A stretch of DNA of 64,000 nucleotides from Malacoraja senta. Lineage: Eukaryota. The position numbers and the translations under genes were made by a program. This document shows positions 1-14,090 of this stretch, piece by piece. Under the pieces are notes generated by a model. It had not been told where the DNA came from. It worked only from the letters and a program-made list of their open reading frames with translations, and ran no database searches. Location of the stretch: contig CM075990.1 of assembly GCA_038087875.1 (NCBI GenBank), forward strand, positions 4,218,001 through 4,282,000. Direction: 5' to 3'. The stretch's first letter is position 1; each line of letters begins with the position of its first letter.

Positions 1-492
1 TGCAGCGTAGGTTTACAAGATTAATTCCCGGGATGGCGGGACTGTTGTATGCTGAGAGAATGGAGCAGCTGGGCTTGTACACTCTGGAGTTTAGAAGGAT
101 GAGAGGGAATCTCATTGAAACATATAAGATTGTTAAGGGCTTGGACACGCTAGAGGCAGGAAACATGTTCCCGATGTTGGGGGAGTCCAGAACCAGGGGC
201 CACAGTTTAAGAATAAGGAGTAAGCCATTTAGAACGGAGACGAGGAAACACTTTTTCTCACAGAGTGGTGAGTCTGTGGAATTCTCAGCCTCAGAGGGCG
301 GTGGAGGCAGGTTCTCTGGATGCTTTCAAGAGAGAGCTAGATAGGGCTCTTAAAAATAGCGGAGTCTGGGGATTTGGGGAGAAGGCAGGAACGGGGTACT
401 GATTGGGGATGATCAGCCATGATCACAGTGAATGGCGGTGCTGGCTCGAAGGGTCAAATGGCCTACTCCTGCACCTATTGTCTATTGTCTAT
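1..492 (+). mobile_element. CR1 (HER1-like) LINE 3' end
   Basis: LGLYTLEFRRMRG...ESRTRGHSLRI CR1 ORF2 C-terminus, 3' UTR and (CTATTGT)n tail. Confidence 0.9.
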
Positions 493-2106
493 TTCAACCC
501 TCTCGTAGACCCGGACTGATACGGGCTGTTTGGGTCTGGGGCCTGCTCCAGCCTTGGCTTGTTGTCAAACGTCTCGCCCCCGTTGAACAGAGCGATTTCT
601 GGTTTGCCACCCTCTGGCTAAAGAAGTTCACAGGTTCTAGGAGCAGAATGAGTCCATTATTCACCCCATCAAGTCTACTCAGCCATCCAATCATGGCTGA
701 CTATCTTTCCCTCTCAACCCCATTCTCCTGCCTTCTCCCCATAACCCCATTGACACCATTACTAATCAAGAACTTGGCCTTAAAAGTACCCATTGACTTG
801 GCCTCCACAGCATCTGTGGACTTCAGGCGACTTCAGATTTGATGGTGTAATGAGATAGTGATCTGGTAGTTAAAGGGAATAGCGCAAGAAGCAGGAGAGG
901 GAACAGAACATTCTGTTCCTTGGATTTGCTTCGCCATTCACGAAGATCAGACATGACTTCAACCCTGCTGTACTTCCCATCTCCCTTGCTCAAAGGAGTC
1001 TCCACCCTGAATATATTGACCCTGCCTCCACAGCTCGGTGGGATGGAGAATTCTACCACATTCCACCTATCTATCTCATTGGAGACCCTTTGGCTATCCT
1101 TGATTGGACTTTACCGGACTTGATCTTGCATTAAACAATATTCACATTGTTCCCTTTATCATGTATCTGTACTCTGTGGATGGCTGAATTGTAATCATGT
1201 ATTGTCTTTCCACTGACTGGTTAGCACGCAACAAAAGCTTTTCACTGTATCTCAGTACACGTGACAATAAATTAAACTGAACTCCAAATATTCACAACCC
1301 TCAGAGAAAGAAATTCTTCACTCTTTCCGAAACAGGCACCAAGCTGGTGTACATAAGCCAGAGGAGCTGAATTAGGCCATTCGGCCCATCAAATCCGCCT
1401 TTAAATCATGACTGATCTATCTTTCCTCTCAACTCCATTTTCGCCGTAACCTTTGACACCCTTACTAATCAAGAAGCTGTCAATGTCCGCTTTAAAAATA
1501 CCCCATGACCTGGCCTCCTCTACTGTCTGTGGCAATTAATTCCACAGATTCACCACCCTCTGGCTAAAGAAATTCATCCTCATCTCCATTTTAAAGGGCC
1601 ATCCTTTTATTCTGAGGCTGTGCCCTCTGGTACCAGACCCTCTCGCTAATGGGAACATCCTCTCCACATCCACTCCATCCAGGCCTTTCCTGTTATTGGA
1701 GAGTGCGACTGGACTGACGGACCCTGAAGCCCCAGAACCTGGTGGCCAATATGCTGCGGAGATGGTGGGTGCACTTGGTGGCATCTGCCAATGTGCCACA
1801 GATTCTAGAACTACGTCCACAGACTGAACAATGGCAAAACTGATTCCACACTTTAACTAAGAAAGAAAGAAGAGAGAAAATCAAGGAAAAATGAATTAGT
1901 TAACTAGCCATCAGTAGTAGTGAAAGTGCTGCAATCTTCTACAAAGGAAGTGGCAACAGCAGCCGATGGAGTTGCTGCCAATCCGGGTGAGACCCAGATT
2001 CAATCCTGACTTCAGGTGCTGTCTGTGTGGAGTTTGCAGGTTCTTGTAACTTCTTGATTTCCACCGGGTGCTCCAGTTTCCTCCCACATCCCAAAGATGT
2101 CCAAAG

Positions 2107-2414
2107 GCAGACATAGTGGTGCAGCAGTAGAGTTGCTGCCTTGCAGCCAATGCAGCATCGAAGACCCGGGTTCGATCCCGAATACGGGTGCTGTCTATAC
2201 AGAGTTTGTACCTTCTCCCCATGACCGCGTGGGTTTTCTCCGAGATCTTCGTTTTTCTCCCACACTCCAAAGACGTACAGGTTTGTAGGTTAATTGGCTT
2301 GGTAAAGTTTTTAAAAAAAAGTCCTTAGTGGGTGTAGGGTAGTGTTAATATGCTGGGATCGCTGGTCGGCGCAGACCCAGAGGGCCGAAGGGCATGTTTC
2401 CGCGCTGTATCTCT
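2107..2414 (+). mobile_element. tRNA-derived V-SINE (HE1-like); representative of several dozen copies across the window
   Basis: A box TGGTGCAGCAGTAG, B box GGTTCGATCC, V-like core GGAGTTTG...TTCTCCC and a CR1-shared tail GGGCCGAAGGGC. Confidence 0.85.
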
Positions 2415-4273
2415 GTATCTGTATGTGCGGGTTTGTAGGTTAATTGGCCTCTGTAAATTGCCCCTAGTGTGTAGGGAGTGGATGAGAAACTGGGATAACA
2501 ATAGAACTGATATGGATGGATGATCGATGGTTGGCATGAATTTGGTGGGCTGAAGGGCCTGTTTCCATGCTGCATCTCTGATGTCTTGGCCTCCACTGCT
2601 GTCTGTGGCAATGAGTTCCACAGATTCACCACCCTCTGGCGAAAGAAATTCCATCTTGGTTCCTTTCTAAGGGTACTTCCTTTGATTCTGAGGCTGTGCC
2701 CTCTGGTCCTAGACTCTCCCACAACTGGAAACATCAAAAAGTGAAACATTCTTGATAGTATGGATAAGGAGGTGATATATTTCCCCATGGTGTAAAGATT
2801 ACAGTCTCTAAAGGATACTGTTCAGCACTGAGCTGAGAACAAATTTATTCACCGTGAAACGTCACCTATTGTCCAGGGTTACAGCCTGACCCGCTGAGTT
2901 ACTCCAGCAGTTTGTGTCTTTCCTTGATAAACCAGCATCTGCAGTTCTTTGTTTCTACAAAGCCTTATAGAGCTGCATCACAAGTTACAATAGTGTGTCT
3001 AGACTTTGGGAAGCTGAGCTTATCCCATCACCTCCGAGTTCTTGGAGGCACGGAGGGGCAGCGGTAGAGTTGCTGCCTTACAGCGCCAGAGACCCGTGTT
3101 GGAACCTGACTACGGGTGCTGTCTGTACGGAGTTTGTACGTTCCCCCTAGGACCGAGTGGGTTTTCTCCGGGTGCTCCAGTTTCCTCCCACATTCCAAAT
3201 GCACGCAGGCTTCTGTAAATTGTTCCCTAGTTTGTAGGATAGAGTGATCATTGGTTGGTGTGGACTTGGTGGGCCGAAGGGGCTGTTTCCACACTGTATC
3301 CCAAAAACCAAAACTGTAGGAAACTCCGAGGCGGAGAGGTGAACATGAGAGGAACGAGTTCTGAAGAAGGGTTCCGACCCAAAACGTCGCCTATTATTCC
3401 TTTTCTCCAGAGATGCTGCCTGAACCGCTGAGTTACTCCAGCACTCTGCGTCTATCTTCGGTGTAAACCAGCGCCTGCAGTTCCTTCCTGCACGAGCTGG
3501 GAAGAAATATTCCAACGTTGCTCAGAATGCACCAGGCTGGAGACAGAAGACTCCCCCTCTCTCTCTCTCTGCATAACTGTTCAGTTGACACTTGAAGTTC
3601 CTGTGGCAATAAATCTCTGTCCTGTTCCCTGTGCCCAGGCACGATGCCATCAACTGCGAAGCCCCATCAGCTGTTGGATTTAGGTCACAGTCAGGAACAA
3701 AAGGGGAATTTGTGGCTGGTTGATGTCATTGCCTGATTCCACTGATGGGACAGATGTGCTGTCTAATCCCTGGCAGTGAGCTGCAAGCCACTCATTGTGT
3801 GTGGAATCAATGGCTGTGCCCTTTCCACTTTCTTGCTGAAAAAAGCTGTCTATTAATACGTACCGACCGCGGTGCCGGTTATACCAGCGTGAGTCATTAG
3901 GAGGTGATTTACGAGAGAGGTAGCTGGCTCGGGCAGGTTGGAAGGTCACCTTTATGTCCTGCGGATAATTCAGCTGCTGTGTCTGTGTCCGTAATACAGT
4001 GGCGCGATATCTTCTGAATGTATCGCCTACAATGTGGCCTTTCGTAGGAGAGACAAGGAGGGTTCAAAATGGACAAAACCTCTCACTCTGGTAGTTGGGA
4101 GGGTGGAAGAGGCAATGGCGAAGCACCTGGGAGATTGGTGCGGAGCTGGATGAGATGTAGCCAGTTGCAGGTTTAAGTTTATTATCGTCGCGTGTACCGA
4201 GGTGCAATGAAAAGCTACATTTTGCATGCTATCAAATCAGATAATGCTATACGTTAAGGGCAGCGCAGTGATG

Positions 4274-4449
4274 CTCACAGACAGTGGTGAGTCTGTGGAT
4301 TTTCTCACAGAGAGTGGCGAGTCTGTGGATTTTCTCACAGAGAGTGGTGAGTCTGTGGATTTTCTCACAGAGAGTGGCGAGTCTGTGGATTTTCTCACAG
4401 AGAGTGGTGAGTCTGTGGATTTTCTCACAGAGAGTGGCGAGTCTGTGGA
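4274..4449 (+). repeat. 30-bp tandem repeat x6 at the 5' edge of a CR1 fragment (CR1 continues to ~4667)
   Basis: Unit CTCACAGAGAGTGG(T/C)GAGTCTGTGGATTTT, with T/C strictly alternating. Confidence 0.92.
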
Positions 4450-5059
4450 ATTCTCTGCCTCAGAGGGCGGTGGAGGCAGGTTCTCTGGATGCTTTCAAGA
4501 GAGCAAGATAGGGCTCTTAAAGATAGCGGAGTCAGGGGATATGGGGAGAAGGCAGGAACGGGGTACTGATTGGGGATGATCAGCCATGATCACATTGAAT
4601 GGCGGTGCTGGCTCGAAGGGCCGAATGGCCTACTCCTGCACCTATTGTCTATTGTCTATTGTCTATTGGTGCAGCTGGTAGAGCTGCTGCCTCATAGCAT
4701 CAGAGATCTGGGTTCGATCCCGAGCTTGGGCGCTATCTGTGTGGAGTTTGCATGTTCTCCCTGTGACTGCATGGGTTTCTTCCGGATTCCACATCCCAAA
4801 AATGTGAGTGTTTGTCGATTAATTGGCCCTCTGTAAAATGCCCCAAATGTACTGGGGAAGTGGATTAACATAGAACCAATGTGAGCGGGTGATGAAAGGT
4901 CTCAGTGGGATGAAGGGCTTGTTTCCATACTATCCCTAAAACTCAAATTAAAAAAACTTCAATCGTCAAACTCAACTACAATAGATAGAGCAAAATGGAA
5001 GATAGAAAGTATGGATTATAGTACTCAGCATTGGACGTTGTCTACGGAACTGATGCACT

Positions 5060-5890
5060 ACAATGTCCACAATGGGGTAGAGGGGAATCAGACTGTACCC
5101 CGGCTTATGGAAGGACTTGAGAACGGAGGGGAAGAAGCTGTTCCTGAATCTGGTGGTGTGTGCTTTCAAGCTTCTGTACCTTCTGCCCGACTGGTTGAGT
5201 TTAGTTTATTGTCACTTGGGCTGAGGTACAGTGAAAAGCTGGAGAAGTAGGAATGACCTGGGTATGACAAGTCTTTGATTATATTGGCTACTTTTCCGAA
5301 GCAGCCTGAAGCGTAGATGGAGTCAATGGTGGGGAGTGTGGTCTGTGTGACGGACTGGGCTACATCGACAATGGTGGGGAGTGTGGTCTGTGTGACGGAC
5401 CGGGCCACATCCCCAACTCTCTGCGATCTTGGGCAGAGCTGTTCCCACGCCAAACTGCGATGCAAGCCAACAGTATGCCTTCCATGGTGCATCTGTAGAA
5501 GTTTGTAAGGGTCATTGGAGACATGCCGAATTTCCTCGCCCTCCTCGGGAAGTAGAGGCAATGGTGTGACTTCTTGGCTGTCACTTCGATGTGGTTGGTC
5601 CACATTGGTAATATTAACACCAAGGCAGTTGAAGCTCTCAACCAATTCCTCTTTGGCACCGTTGATGCTGACTGCGGCATGTACTCCACCATGCTTCCTG
5701 AAGTCAACAACTAGCTCCTTCATCTTGCTGTCCTCGAGGGGAAGATGATGGTCCTGACACCATGTTATGAAGCTCTCGATCTCCTTCCTGTCATTGATTG
5801 TGATCCGGCCCACCACAGTTATGTCATCGGCTAAACTTGTAGATGAGGTTGTAGCTGGATTTGGCCGCACAGTTGCGAGTGTGTCGGGAG
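5060..5890 (-). mobile_element. Older Rex1/L2-like RT fragment with internal ~42-bp tandem duplication
   Basis: Frameshifted peptides ADDITVVGRIT, KELVVDFRK and LTNFYRC; VAQSVTQTTLPTI occurs twice. Confidence 0.8.
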
Positions 5891-6245
5891 TGCGGACATC
5901 TCCTCCACAATAATCCTCAACAGTTGCTGTGTTGGAGCCGGCGAGGTCGGGAATGGGGAGGGGGTTAGGATCGGGGGAGCAACAGCTTGAGTAAAGAAAG
6001 GCACTGAGCTAACATGGATGGTTCAGAAGAATGAACCATGAAGGGATGATCAGCCATGATCACAATGGCCTACTCCTGCACCTATTGTCCATTGTCTAAC
6101 CCATTCCATTCTTCGCTTAACCCTTAACCTCGCTGAGTTTTATTCTGGATCAGATCTCGCAAGGTGATGGTCCCCGGCCCTCCTGGAGAGGTTCTGGAGT
6201 GGGTGTAATCTTTGATGATGCCTGACTGCGGTTGTAGCTGGGTGC

Positions 6246-6540
6246 GGCACGGTGGCGCAGCGGTAGAGTTGCCTCCTCGCAGCGCCAGAGACCCGGGTTC
6301 CATCCTGACCATGGCTGCTGTCTATGTGGAGTTTGTACGTGCTCCCCGTGACTGCGTGGGGTTTTCCCAGGTGCTCCAATTCCTCCCACATTCCAAAGAC
6401 CTCGAGGTTTGTCGATTAATTGGCTTCTGTAAGTTGTCGCTAATGTGTAGGATAGGACTAGTGTGAGTGGGTGATCGCTGGTTCAGTGCAGACTTGGTGG
6501 GCTGAAGGGCCTGTTTCCACGCTGTATCTCTAAACTCAAC
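6246..6540 (+). mobile_element. V-SINE (HE1-like)
   Basis: Full-length match to the other copies in the window. Confidence 0.85.
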
Positions 6541-8535
6541 TACATTATAAGGTGCGGTGATGGGTAGTCGCCTGGATGGGCATCAATAGCTTGGAGGGGA
6601 GCAGTGTTGATTGCCCGTGTCCGGGCTTGTGCACATACAATACGATAGTGGCATTCAAGAGGCTTTTAGATGGAAATGCGGTGAGTAGAGGGATATGGAT
6701 CACGTACAAATGCAAATGAGATCAGTTGAACTTTGCGTCCTGTTCTGCGCTCACACTGTGAGCCGAAGGGCCTGTTCCTGTGTCTACTGTGCCACATGTC
6801 TGAAGAAGGGTCTCGACCCATTCCTTCTCTCCAGAGACGCTGCCTGTCCCGCTGAGTTACTCCAGCATTTTGTGTCTATCTTTGATTTAAACCGGCATCT
6901 GCAGTTCCTTCCCACTCGACTGCTCCATGTTCTATGAATGGGGAACAGCTGATTTACTGAATGAATTATGTCCTCGTGTGACCACACCAGGCAGGTCTCG
7001 ACCTCTGAGCCTTTTACGACTCTGTCTCGTCAGTGCGTTGAGGAATGCTGCAGCTTTTTCTGGGCACGAGAAACCCGCTGGGGCTTTGAACATAAATGGT
7101 GGTTCCAGGACTCCAGGCGGGAATGTTAAGATGAATGTGGTACGAGGGTGGGAACTATAGGTCACTGGCCCAGTGTAAGCACCAGACTCTCCCCACCAGC
7201 CCCGCAAATCACGCACTTCCCTCCCGCCCTCCCGCCCTCCCTCAGCAGCTGACGAGTCTGTGGTGAAAAGACTCAAGGTTATGGAGATATGAAGACATAA
7301 ATATAACCACACACACCACTGCACAATCAAGTGCCTCATTGAAAGTACTCGGTCTGGTTAGCATTCGCTTCCGATTGCGACAAGCTGCCGGAGATTTGCC
7401 CGCCTGCCTTTTGGCATCTTGCAGGGAGGGTGAGGTTGGAGGGAACGTGCCTGTTTAGTGGGCGCGTTTTGCCCGGAAATTGTTTCAATAGACAATAGGT
7501 GCAGGAGCGAGTAGGCCATTCGGCCCTTCTCATCCCAAATTCCCTTCCCTCGATTTCTGTGCTGACTGAAGAGTTAGGATTCAAACCCATTTTATGGATT
7601 AAGCTGCTGTGTGGCTTAGTGACCGGGTAAACAGTAGATTCGCAGCTGATGGAGCTGCCGCCTCACAGCGCCAGAGACCCCGGTTCAATCCCAACCTCGG
7701 GTGCTGTCTGTGTGGAGTTTGCACATTCTCTCTGTGACCACGTGGGTTTACTCCGCGTGCTCCGGTTTCCTCCCACCTTCCAACAAAGTGCAGGTTTGTA
7801 GGTTAATTGGCCTTGGTATAATTGTAAATTGTCCCTGTATTTGGTGTGTTGGATGGTATAGCATAGAACTAGTGTGCGGGGATCGGTGTGGACTCAGTGG
7901 GTCGAAGGCCCTGTTTCCACGCTGTATCTCTGGACTAAACTAAACTAGGCAGTACGTTGAGGAGAGATTGCAGCAGAGATTAGTTGTTCAATGCTCCCTT
8001 TGGTCGTGACATCTCTGTCACTTGCTTCCCGACTTATTTATATCTGTCCATGCGTCACCCTTTGTGATAACACTCGAGGCAAACTTTGTCACCCGTGCCC
8101 CACGTTGAAGAAGATTTGAGATAGTGTAATTAAGACGGCACAGCTGGTAGAGCTGCAACCTCACCGCACCAGAGATCCGGGTTCAATCCTGGCCACGGGT
8201 GCTGTCTGTGTGCAGTTTGCACGTTCTCCCTGTGACCTGGTGGGTTTTCTCTGGGTGATCCGGTTTCCTCCCACATCCCAAAGGCGTGCGGGTTTGTAGG
8301 TTAGTTGACCTCTGTAAATTACCCCCTAGTGTGTAGGCGGTGGATGCAGAAGTGGGATAAAGTAGAATTGGTGTGAATGGGTGATCGATGGTCAGCGTGG
8401 ACTCGGTGGGCCGAAGGGCCTGTTTCCGTGCTGCATCTCTAAACTAAACTCTACAACTCAATAGGAATTGCTTCCCCCGTTGATGATTATACTTTATTAG
8501 GTACAGTGATATTCTTTGCTTTGCAGACAATCCAG

Positions 8536-8892
8536 TAGACAATAGACAACAGGTGCAGGAGTAGGCCATTCGGCCCTTCAAGCCAGCACCGCCATTCAAT
8601 GTGATCATGGCTGATCATCCCCAATCAGTACCCCGTTCCTGCCTTCTCCCCATATCCCCTGACTCCGCTATCTTTAAGAGCCCTATCTAGCTCTCTCTTG
8701 AAAGTATCCAGAGAACCTGCCTCCACCGCCCTCTGAGGCAGAGAATTCCACAGACTCACAACTCTCTGTGAGAAAAAGTGTTTCCTCGTCTCCGTTGTAA
8801 ATGGCTTACTCCTTATTCTTAAACTGTGGCCCCTGGTTCTGGACTCCCCCAACATCGGGAACATGTTTCCTGCCAAACCCTTAACAATCTTA
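8536..8892 (-). mobile_element. CR1 LINE 3' end
   Basis: AGNMFPMLGESRTRGHSLRI...YGEKAGTGY plus 3' UTR. Confidence 0.88.
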
Positions 8893-9934
8893 CAGTAAGA
8901 GTAATCTTACAATAAGAGTAAAACACTTATACTCTAGATGAGCACCATCGCAGTTAAGTACAAAAGCGCGACGATTGTAGTGTGATGATGGTCTTCATCG
9001 AGACAGTGTACAAAGAGTCGTCACGTTTCTGGTGCCCACAAAGTTTCAAAGTTCTTAATAAAAGTGTGGTCTTACCTTGGCCTTGAAGGCCCGTTGTCGT
9101 GGCAACACCGATCCTCTCCTCCGTCCTCCGCCATCTTGAAATTGGCCCTTTGTCCAGCGTCGGTCGTCGACCCCCTCCGCCCTCGTCTCCAGGAAGTGCC
9201 AGTACCTGTGTTAATGGGGAGTGGTGGAGGGAAGATGAAGGTTTCTGGCGGGAAGTCCAATGTCTGTCCCCAGCCAGCTGAGGACAAGGACGGCAGTCCT
9301 GAAAGGTCAAGAGGTTAATTGTCATATGTACCGACAACAGATATTCTTAATTGCAGCAACTTAACAGGCCTGTGAACACAATAGTTTAGTTTGTTATTGT
9401 CACGTGTACTGAGGTACAATGAAAAGCTATTTGTTGCTTGCTATCCAGTCAGTGATAAGATCATACATGATTACAATCAAGCTGTCCACAGTGTACAGAT
9501 ACAGGGAATAACGTTTAGTGCAAGATAAAGGCTACCAAAGTCTGAGTAAAGATAGTCCAACGTTCTCCAATGAGGTAGATGGGAGGTCAGGGCTGCTTCC
9601 TAGTTGGTGCTCCACCTGGACTCTCATCTATTCCTTGCCTTCCACCTTCATTCCTTCCTCTAGCTTCACAATCCACAACTCTTCAATCCTTTTGTCTCAT
9701 ACCTTCTATGTTTTCCTCTCTGGCCTTTGTCCAACCACCTACCTACCAACCTCCCCACCCCCCCCCAGCATCACCTGTATCCACCTATTATCTGGAGAAA
9801 CTCAGCGGATGCGGCAGCATCTACGGAGCGAAGGAAATATTTATTTCCTGCCGCACCCGCTGAGTTTCTCCAACACTTTTGTCTACCTTCGATTTTCCAT
9901 CATCTGCAGTTCCTTCTTAAACATTCCACCTATT

Positions 9935-10134
9935 NNNNNNNNNNNNNNNNNNNNNNNNNNNNNNNNNNNNNNNNNNNNNNNNNNNNNNNNNNNNNNNNNN
10001 NNNNNNNNNNNNNNNNNNNNNNNNNNNNNNNNNNNNNNNNNNNNNNNNNNNNNNNNNNNNNNNNNNNNNNNNNNNNNNNNNNNNNNNNNNNNNNNNNNNN
10101 NNNNNNNNNNNNNNNNNNNNNNNNNNNNNNNNNN
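9935..10134. other. Assembly gap (200 N)
   Basis: Run of exactly 200 N, likely a placeholder of unknown true size. Confidence 0.99.
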
Positions 10135-12713
10135 ATCTGTCCTGCCTGACAGAGCTACCTGCGATCACAGGGTCCCCAGTCACGTTGCCCCAGCAACACG
10201 CTGCACTTCTACCCAGTAGCACGATGGCGCAGTGGTAGAGATGCTGCCTCCCAGCACCAGAGACCCGGGTTCGATCCTGACTATGGGTGCTGTCTGTACA
10301 GAGTTTACATGTTCTCCCTGGGACCACGTGGGTTTTCACCGGGTGCTCCGGTTTCCTCCCACACTCCAAAGCCGTGTTGGTTTGTAGGCTAATTGGCATC
10401 TGTAAATTGTCCCTAACGTGTAGGATCGTGCTAGTTTTCAGGCTGATCGCGGGTTGGTGCGGACAGGGTTCTCCAAAGGGCCTGTTTCCGCGCTGTATCT
10501 CTAAAGTCCTCCCTCCTGCATTTTTGCCCGACACCCTGAAATGCTGCGGGTGTTCTTTGCTTCAACACCCCTCGCACCAGGTTTCTCGATTCTAATTCCT
10601 CTCTCACCCGCAGACATTTCTCCTGAACGCTTTTCCCCTTTGGTTTAGAAGTCTCCCCACAGGAGAGATTCTGCCCCTTGCTCCTCCAGAGGGTGGGCTC
10701 CTAAGAGTCCATGTGCATCTCTGTCCTTCCTACTCAGGGGTCCACGTGAAGCCTTGTGAATCACTTGGTCACTGAGTCCTCCTGCTACCACTTTGCTGTA
10801 AAAATAAATTTGTCCCAAGTGTGTAGGATGGCTGGTTGGCGTGGACTCGGTGGGCCGAAGGGCCTGTTTCCACACTAATAATAATAATTATATATTTTAT
10901 TGTCATTGCACATAGGTGCAACGAGATTTGGTATGCAGCTTCCATCCGATGTCATAACTTAAACAGCTAATACAATTTAGATACCCAGAGAAACATCATT
11001 TACAAAAAAGAACAGTAAAACAGTTTAAAGTGCATCTCTAAAAAGACTCTGTGTATCTACCCTATCTATTCCAAATATACTCTGAATGGGATTGCCAATC
11101 GGTATCCCCGCTGAGTGACAAAACGGAACGAACTTGCCTGCCCAGGGAAGTCTTTCCTTGACGGATGGATTTACGAGTGTGGACCAGTCCGGGGCTACAG
11201 GTTTATTTTTGCCTTCAGCTGTCGGCCGGCGCGGGCAGAAGATTTTTTAATAGATGTGGAGCTGAAGGTCAGAGAACAGTGGGAGATAGCTGGGGCTATA
11301 GATACAGCCGTGTGTGTGTGAGTGTGTGAAGGCTGTCAGCTTTAAAGGAGGCAACCACATCCCTCCCACATCCTTTGTAGCGGAGTCCAGCTGTATTTTT
11401 ACCTTGGGTGCTATTTCCATTGAACAGTTTGCGTTTCCCAGAAGCTGCATTCCGTCATATCTGAGAGTTGATTGTAAGGAATGTTTACGATTTAAACTCC
11501 TCTGCCCTCCTCTCACTCTGACATCCCCTGGCAAAGGAGTGGAACGTGTACCCAGTGACTGATAGCGTTCACTGCACTCTTGGCCTGTGCTGCCTTCTGT
11601 CCAGTTTTTCTCGTTTGGTTTAGAGATACAACATAGAAACAGGGCCCTTCGGTCCACCGAGCCCACTCCGACCCAGCGATCCCTGCACACTAACACTATC
11701 CCACACCCGCTAGGGACAATTTACTATTATACCAAGCAATTATACCTGCACGTTTTTGGAGTGTGGGAGGAAACCGGAGCACCCGGAAAAAACCCACACA
11801 GGTCACGGGGAGAACGTACAAACTCCGTACAGACAGCACCCGTAGTCAGGATCGAACCCGGGTCTCTGTAAAGCAGCAACTCTACCGCTGCACCACCGTG
11901 CCGCCCATGGTTAAGAGTTGGGTGGTTGGGTGGTTTGGGGTGGGAAGTGGGGGGGATTGGCTGCTTCCTACTGCTCTGGGAAGTGTGTCTACCCAACGTG
12001 ACTAATAGACCCGGGTGCGAACCTGACCGCAGCTGCCATATCTGCAGAGTGTGCACATTCTCCCTATGACCGTGTGGGTTTCCTCGGAGTGCTCTGGTTT
12101 CCTCCCACATCCCAGAGACGTGCAGATTTGTAGGTAAACTGGCCACTGTAAAATGTCCCTCGTGTGCAGGGAGTGGATGAGAAAGTGGGATAAGGTTGAA
12201 CTGGTGTAAATGGGTGATCGCTGGTCGGTGTAAACTCAGTGGGCCGAAGGGCCTGTTTCCACACAGTATCTCTAAAACTAAATGGCTTGTTGCCTTCATC
12301 AGTCAGTATTCCATGCCTGATCACTAAACTAAACTTGCAGCTTTGATTTGTATGGGTGTCAAATGTTACAAGGAGAAGGCAGGAGAATGGGGTTGAGAGG
12401 GAGAGATAGATCAGCCATGATAGAATGGCGGAGCAGACTCGAAGGGCTGAATGGCCTAATTCTGCTCCTATGATTTTTTATGAACGTAATAGGCCTCTGT
12501 GAAAGCCTCTTGTGTAGCGCAGATACATGTGAGATAACATAGAACTGGTGTAAATGGGTGATCAATAGTCGGCACAGACTCGATGGGCTGAAGGGCCAGT
12601 TTCCATGCAGTATCTGTCAATTCAGTTCAATCAACTAACGTGGGGACTGGTGTCTGTGATGCCATAGTACTTAGAGTCTGGAAATGTTCAGGGTTCAGGC
12701 TGCGACAGTCTTG

Positions 12714-13023
12714 AGGGCCTGTCCCACTGTACGAGGTAATTCAAGAGCTCTCCCGAGTTTAAAAAAAATCTAACTCGTGGTAAGCTCGTAGAATGTACGT
12801 AGCGGGTACGTCGGAGCTCGGGACGTCTCTTCGCGGCTCGTAACGCTAACGGCAGGTACTCGGGAAACAGCTCGTGAAGACTCGTGAAAATTGTTCAACA
12901 TGTTGAAAAATGTCCACGAGAGCCCCGAGTACCGACGAGCGGCCATTACCTTAAATCTCCGAGTTGGAATCAGGGGAAACTCGGGAGAACTCTTGAATTA
13001 GCTCGTACAGTGGGACAGCCCCA
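12714..13023. mobile_element. MITE, PIF/Harbinger-like
   Basis: ~45-bp TIR AGGGCCTGTCCCACTGTACGAGGTAATTCAAGAG...; flanks TTG/TTA. Confidence 0.85.
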
Positions 13024-13639
13024 TTACACTCAGCGCAGAACAGCAGGGAAAAGGGGACACTTGAAGCTTCTGCCGCTTTGAGATGGAGTTACGACCCCTC
13101 AGCCCAGTTTGTAACCTTTTGCAGTGATCTGGTTTCAGCGTGCAGAGCAAGCCGGGCAGAAGCACTTGGAAAAGCCCAGGCAAGGCAGTAAATATGCCAC
13201 TCGACTGTAACCGATAACTCTCTCACTCCAAGTTATCACTTTACTTCTGAGCTGCTCTGAATAAGGACCAGTTATAAACTGCCCTGCAGAACCCGAGTGT
13301 GGGGCCACTAGTGACGTTTCTCCGCTCCACCCCCACTGAGGGTCTCAGCTGACTGGTTAGGACCCTCTTACTCCCCTCTTAAGCCCGTACGTTCATGTCA
13401 TGTCGGAACCCCTCTTCACACCCGAATGGTCTCCACCTGTAACGTCACCTATTCTTTGTCTCCAGAGATGCTGCCTGACCCCTGAGTTACACCAGCACGA
13501 TGTGTCCATCCTCAGTATAAACCAGCATCTGCAGCTCCTTCCTACACAGTCACTTGTCGTCAGGTTGAATCTTGGTCGGAGCTAGGGGACTACCACGAGT
13601 CCTGTTCCCCAGTTGGAATGCTGTGTACAGATATGGGAT

Positions 13640-14090
13640 AAGTCAAGTCAAGTCAATTTTATTTCTATAGCACATTTATAAACAACTCTCGTTGACCAAG
13701 TGCTTTACATCAGTGCAGATACTAACATGCTACATACAGTGGTACATAGATCAACAATACATACATAAATACATACATACAGCGCTCCCTCAGAGGACCT
13801 CAAGAAAGGCATGAGAGTAGAAATAAGTTTTAAGTCTAGACTTAAACGAGTCGATGGAGGGGGCAGTTCTGATGGGAAGAGGGATGCTGTTCCACAGTCT
13901 AGGAGCTGCAACCGCAAAAGCGCGGTCGCCCCTGAGCTTATGCCTAGATGTTCAGTAACCCCAAGTCGGCCAATCTGAGGGTCCTGGAGGTGGTGTGGTG
14001 GGTTAGCAGATTTTTGATGTAGGTGGGGGCAAGCCCGTTAAGGGCTTTGTATACATAAAGAAGGAGCTTGAAATTGATTCGGAACCGCAC
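13640..14090 (-). mobile_element. L2-like LINE 3' end
   Basis: Same family as 43365-43857 (GDRAFAVAAPRLWNSIP); (CTTGA)n tail. Confidence 0.8.

Noticed and set aside
4274..4449. CRISPR-like array
   Set aside because: No unique spacers; CR1-derived tandem repeat in vertebrate DNA.
9070..9230. Possible minus-strand exon (CAAGATGGCGG start context, AG|GTAAGA donor)
   Set aside because: No recognisable peptide or partner exons; probably a repeat fragment.
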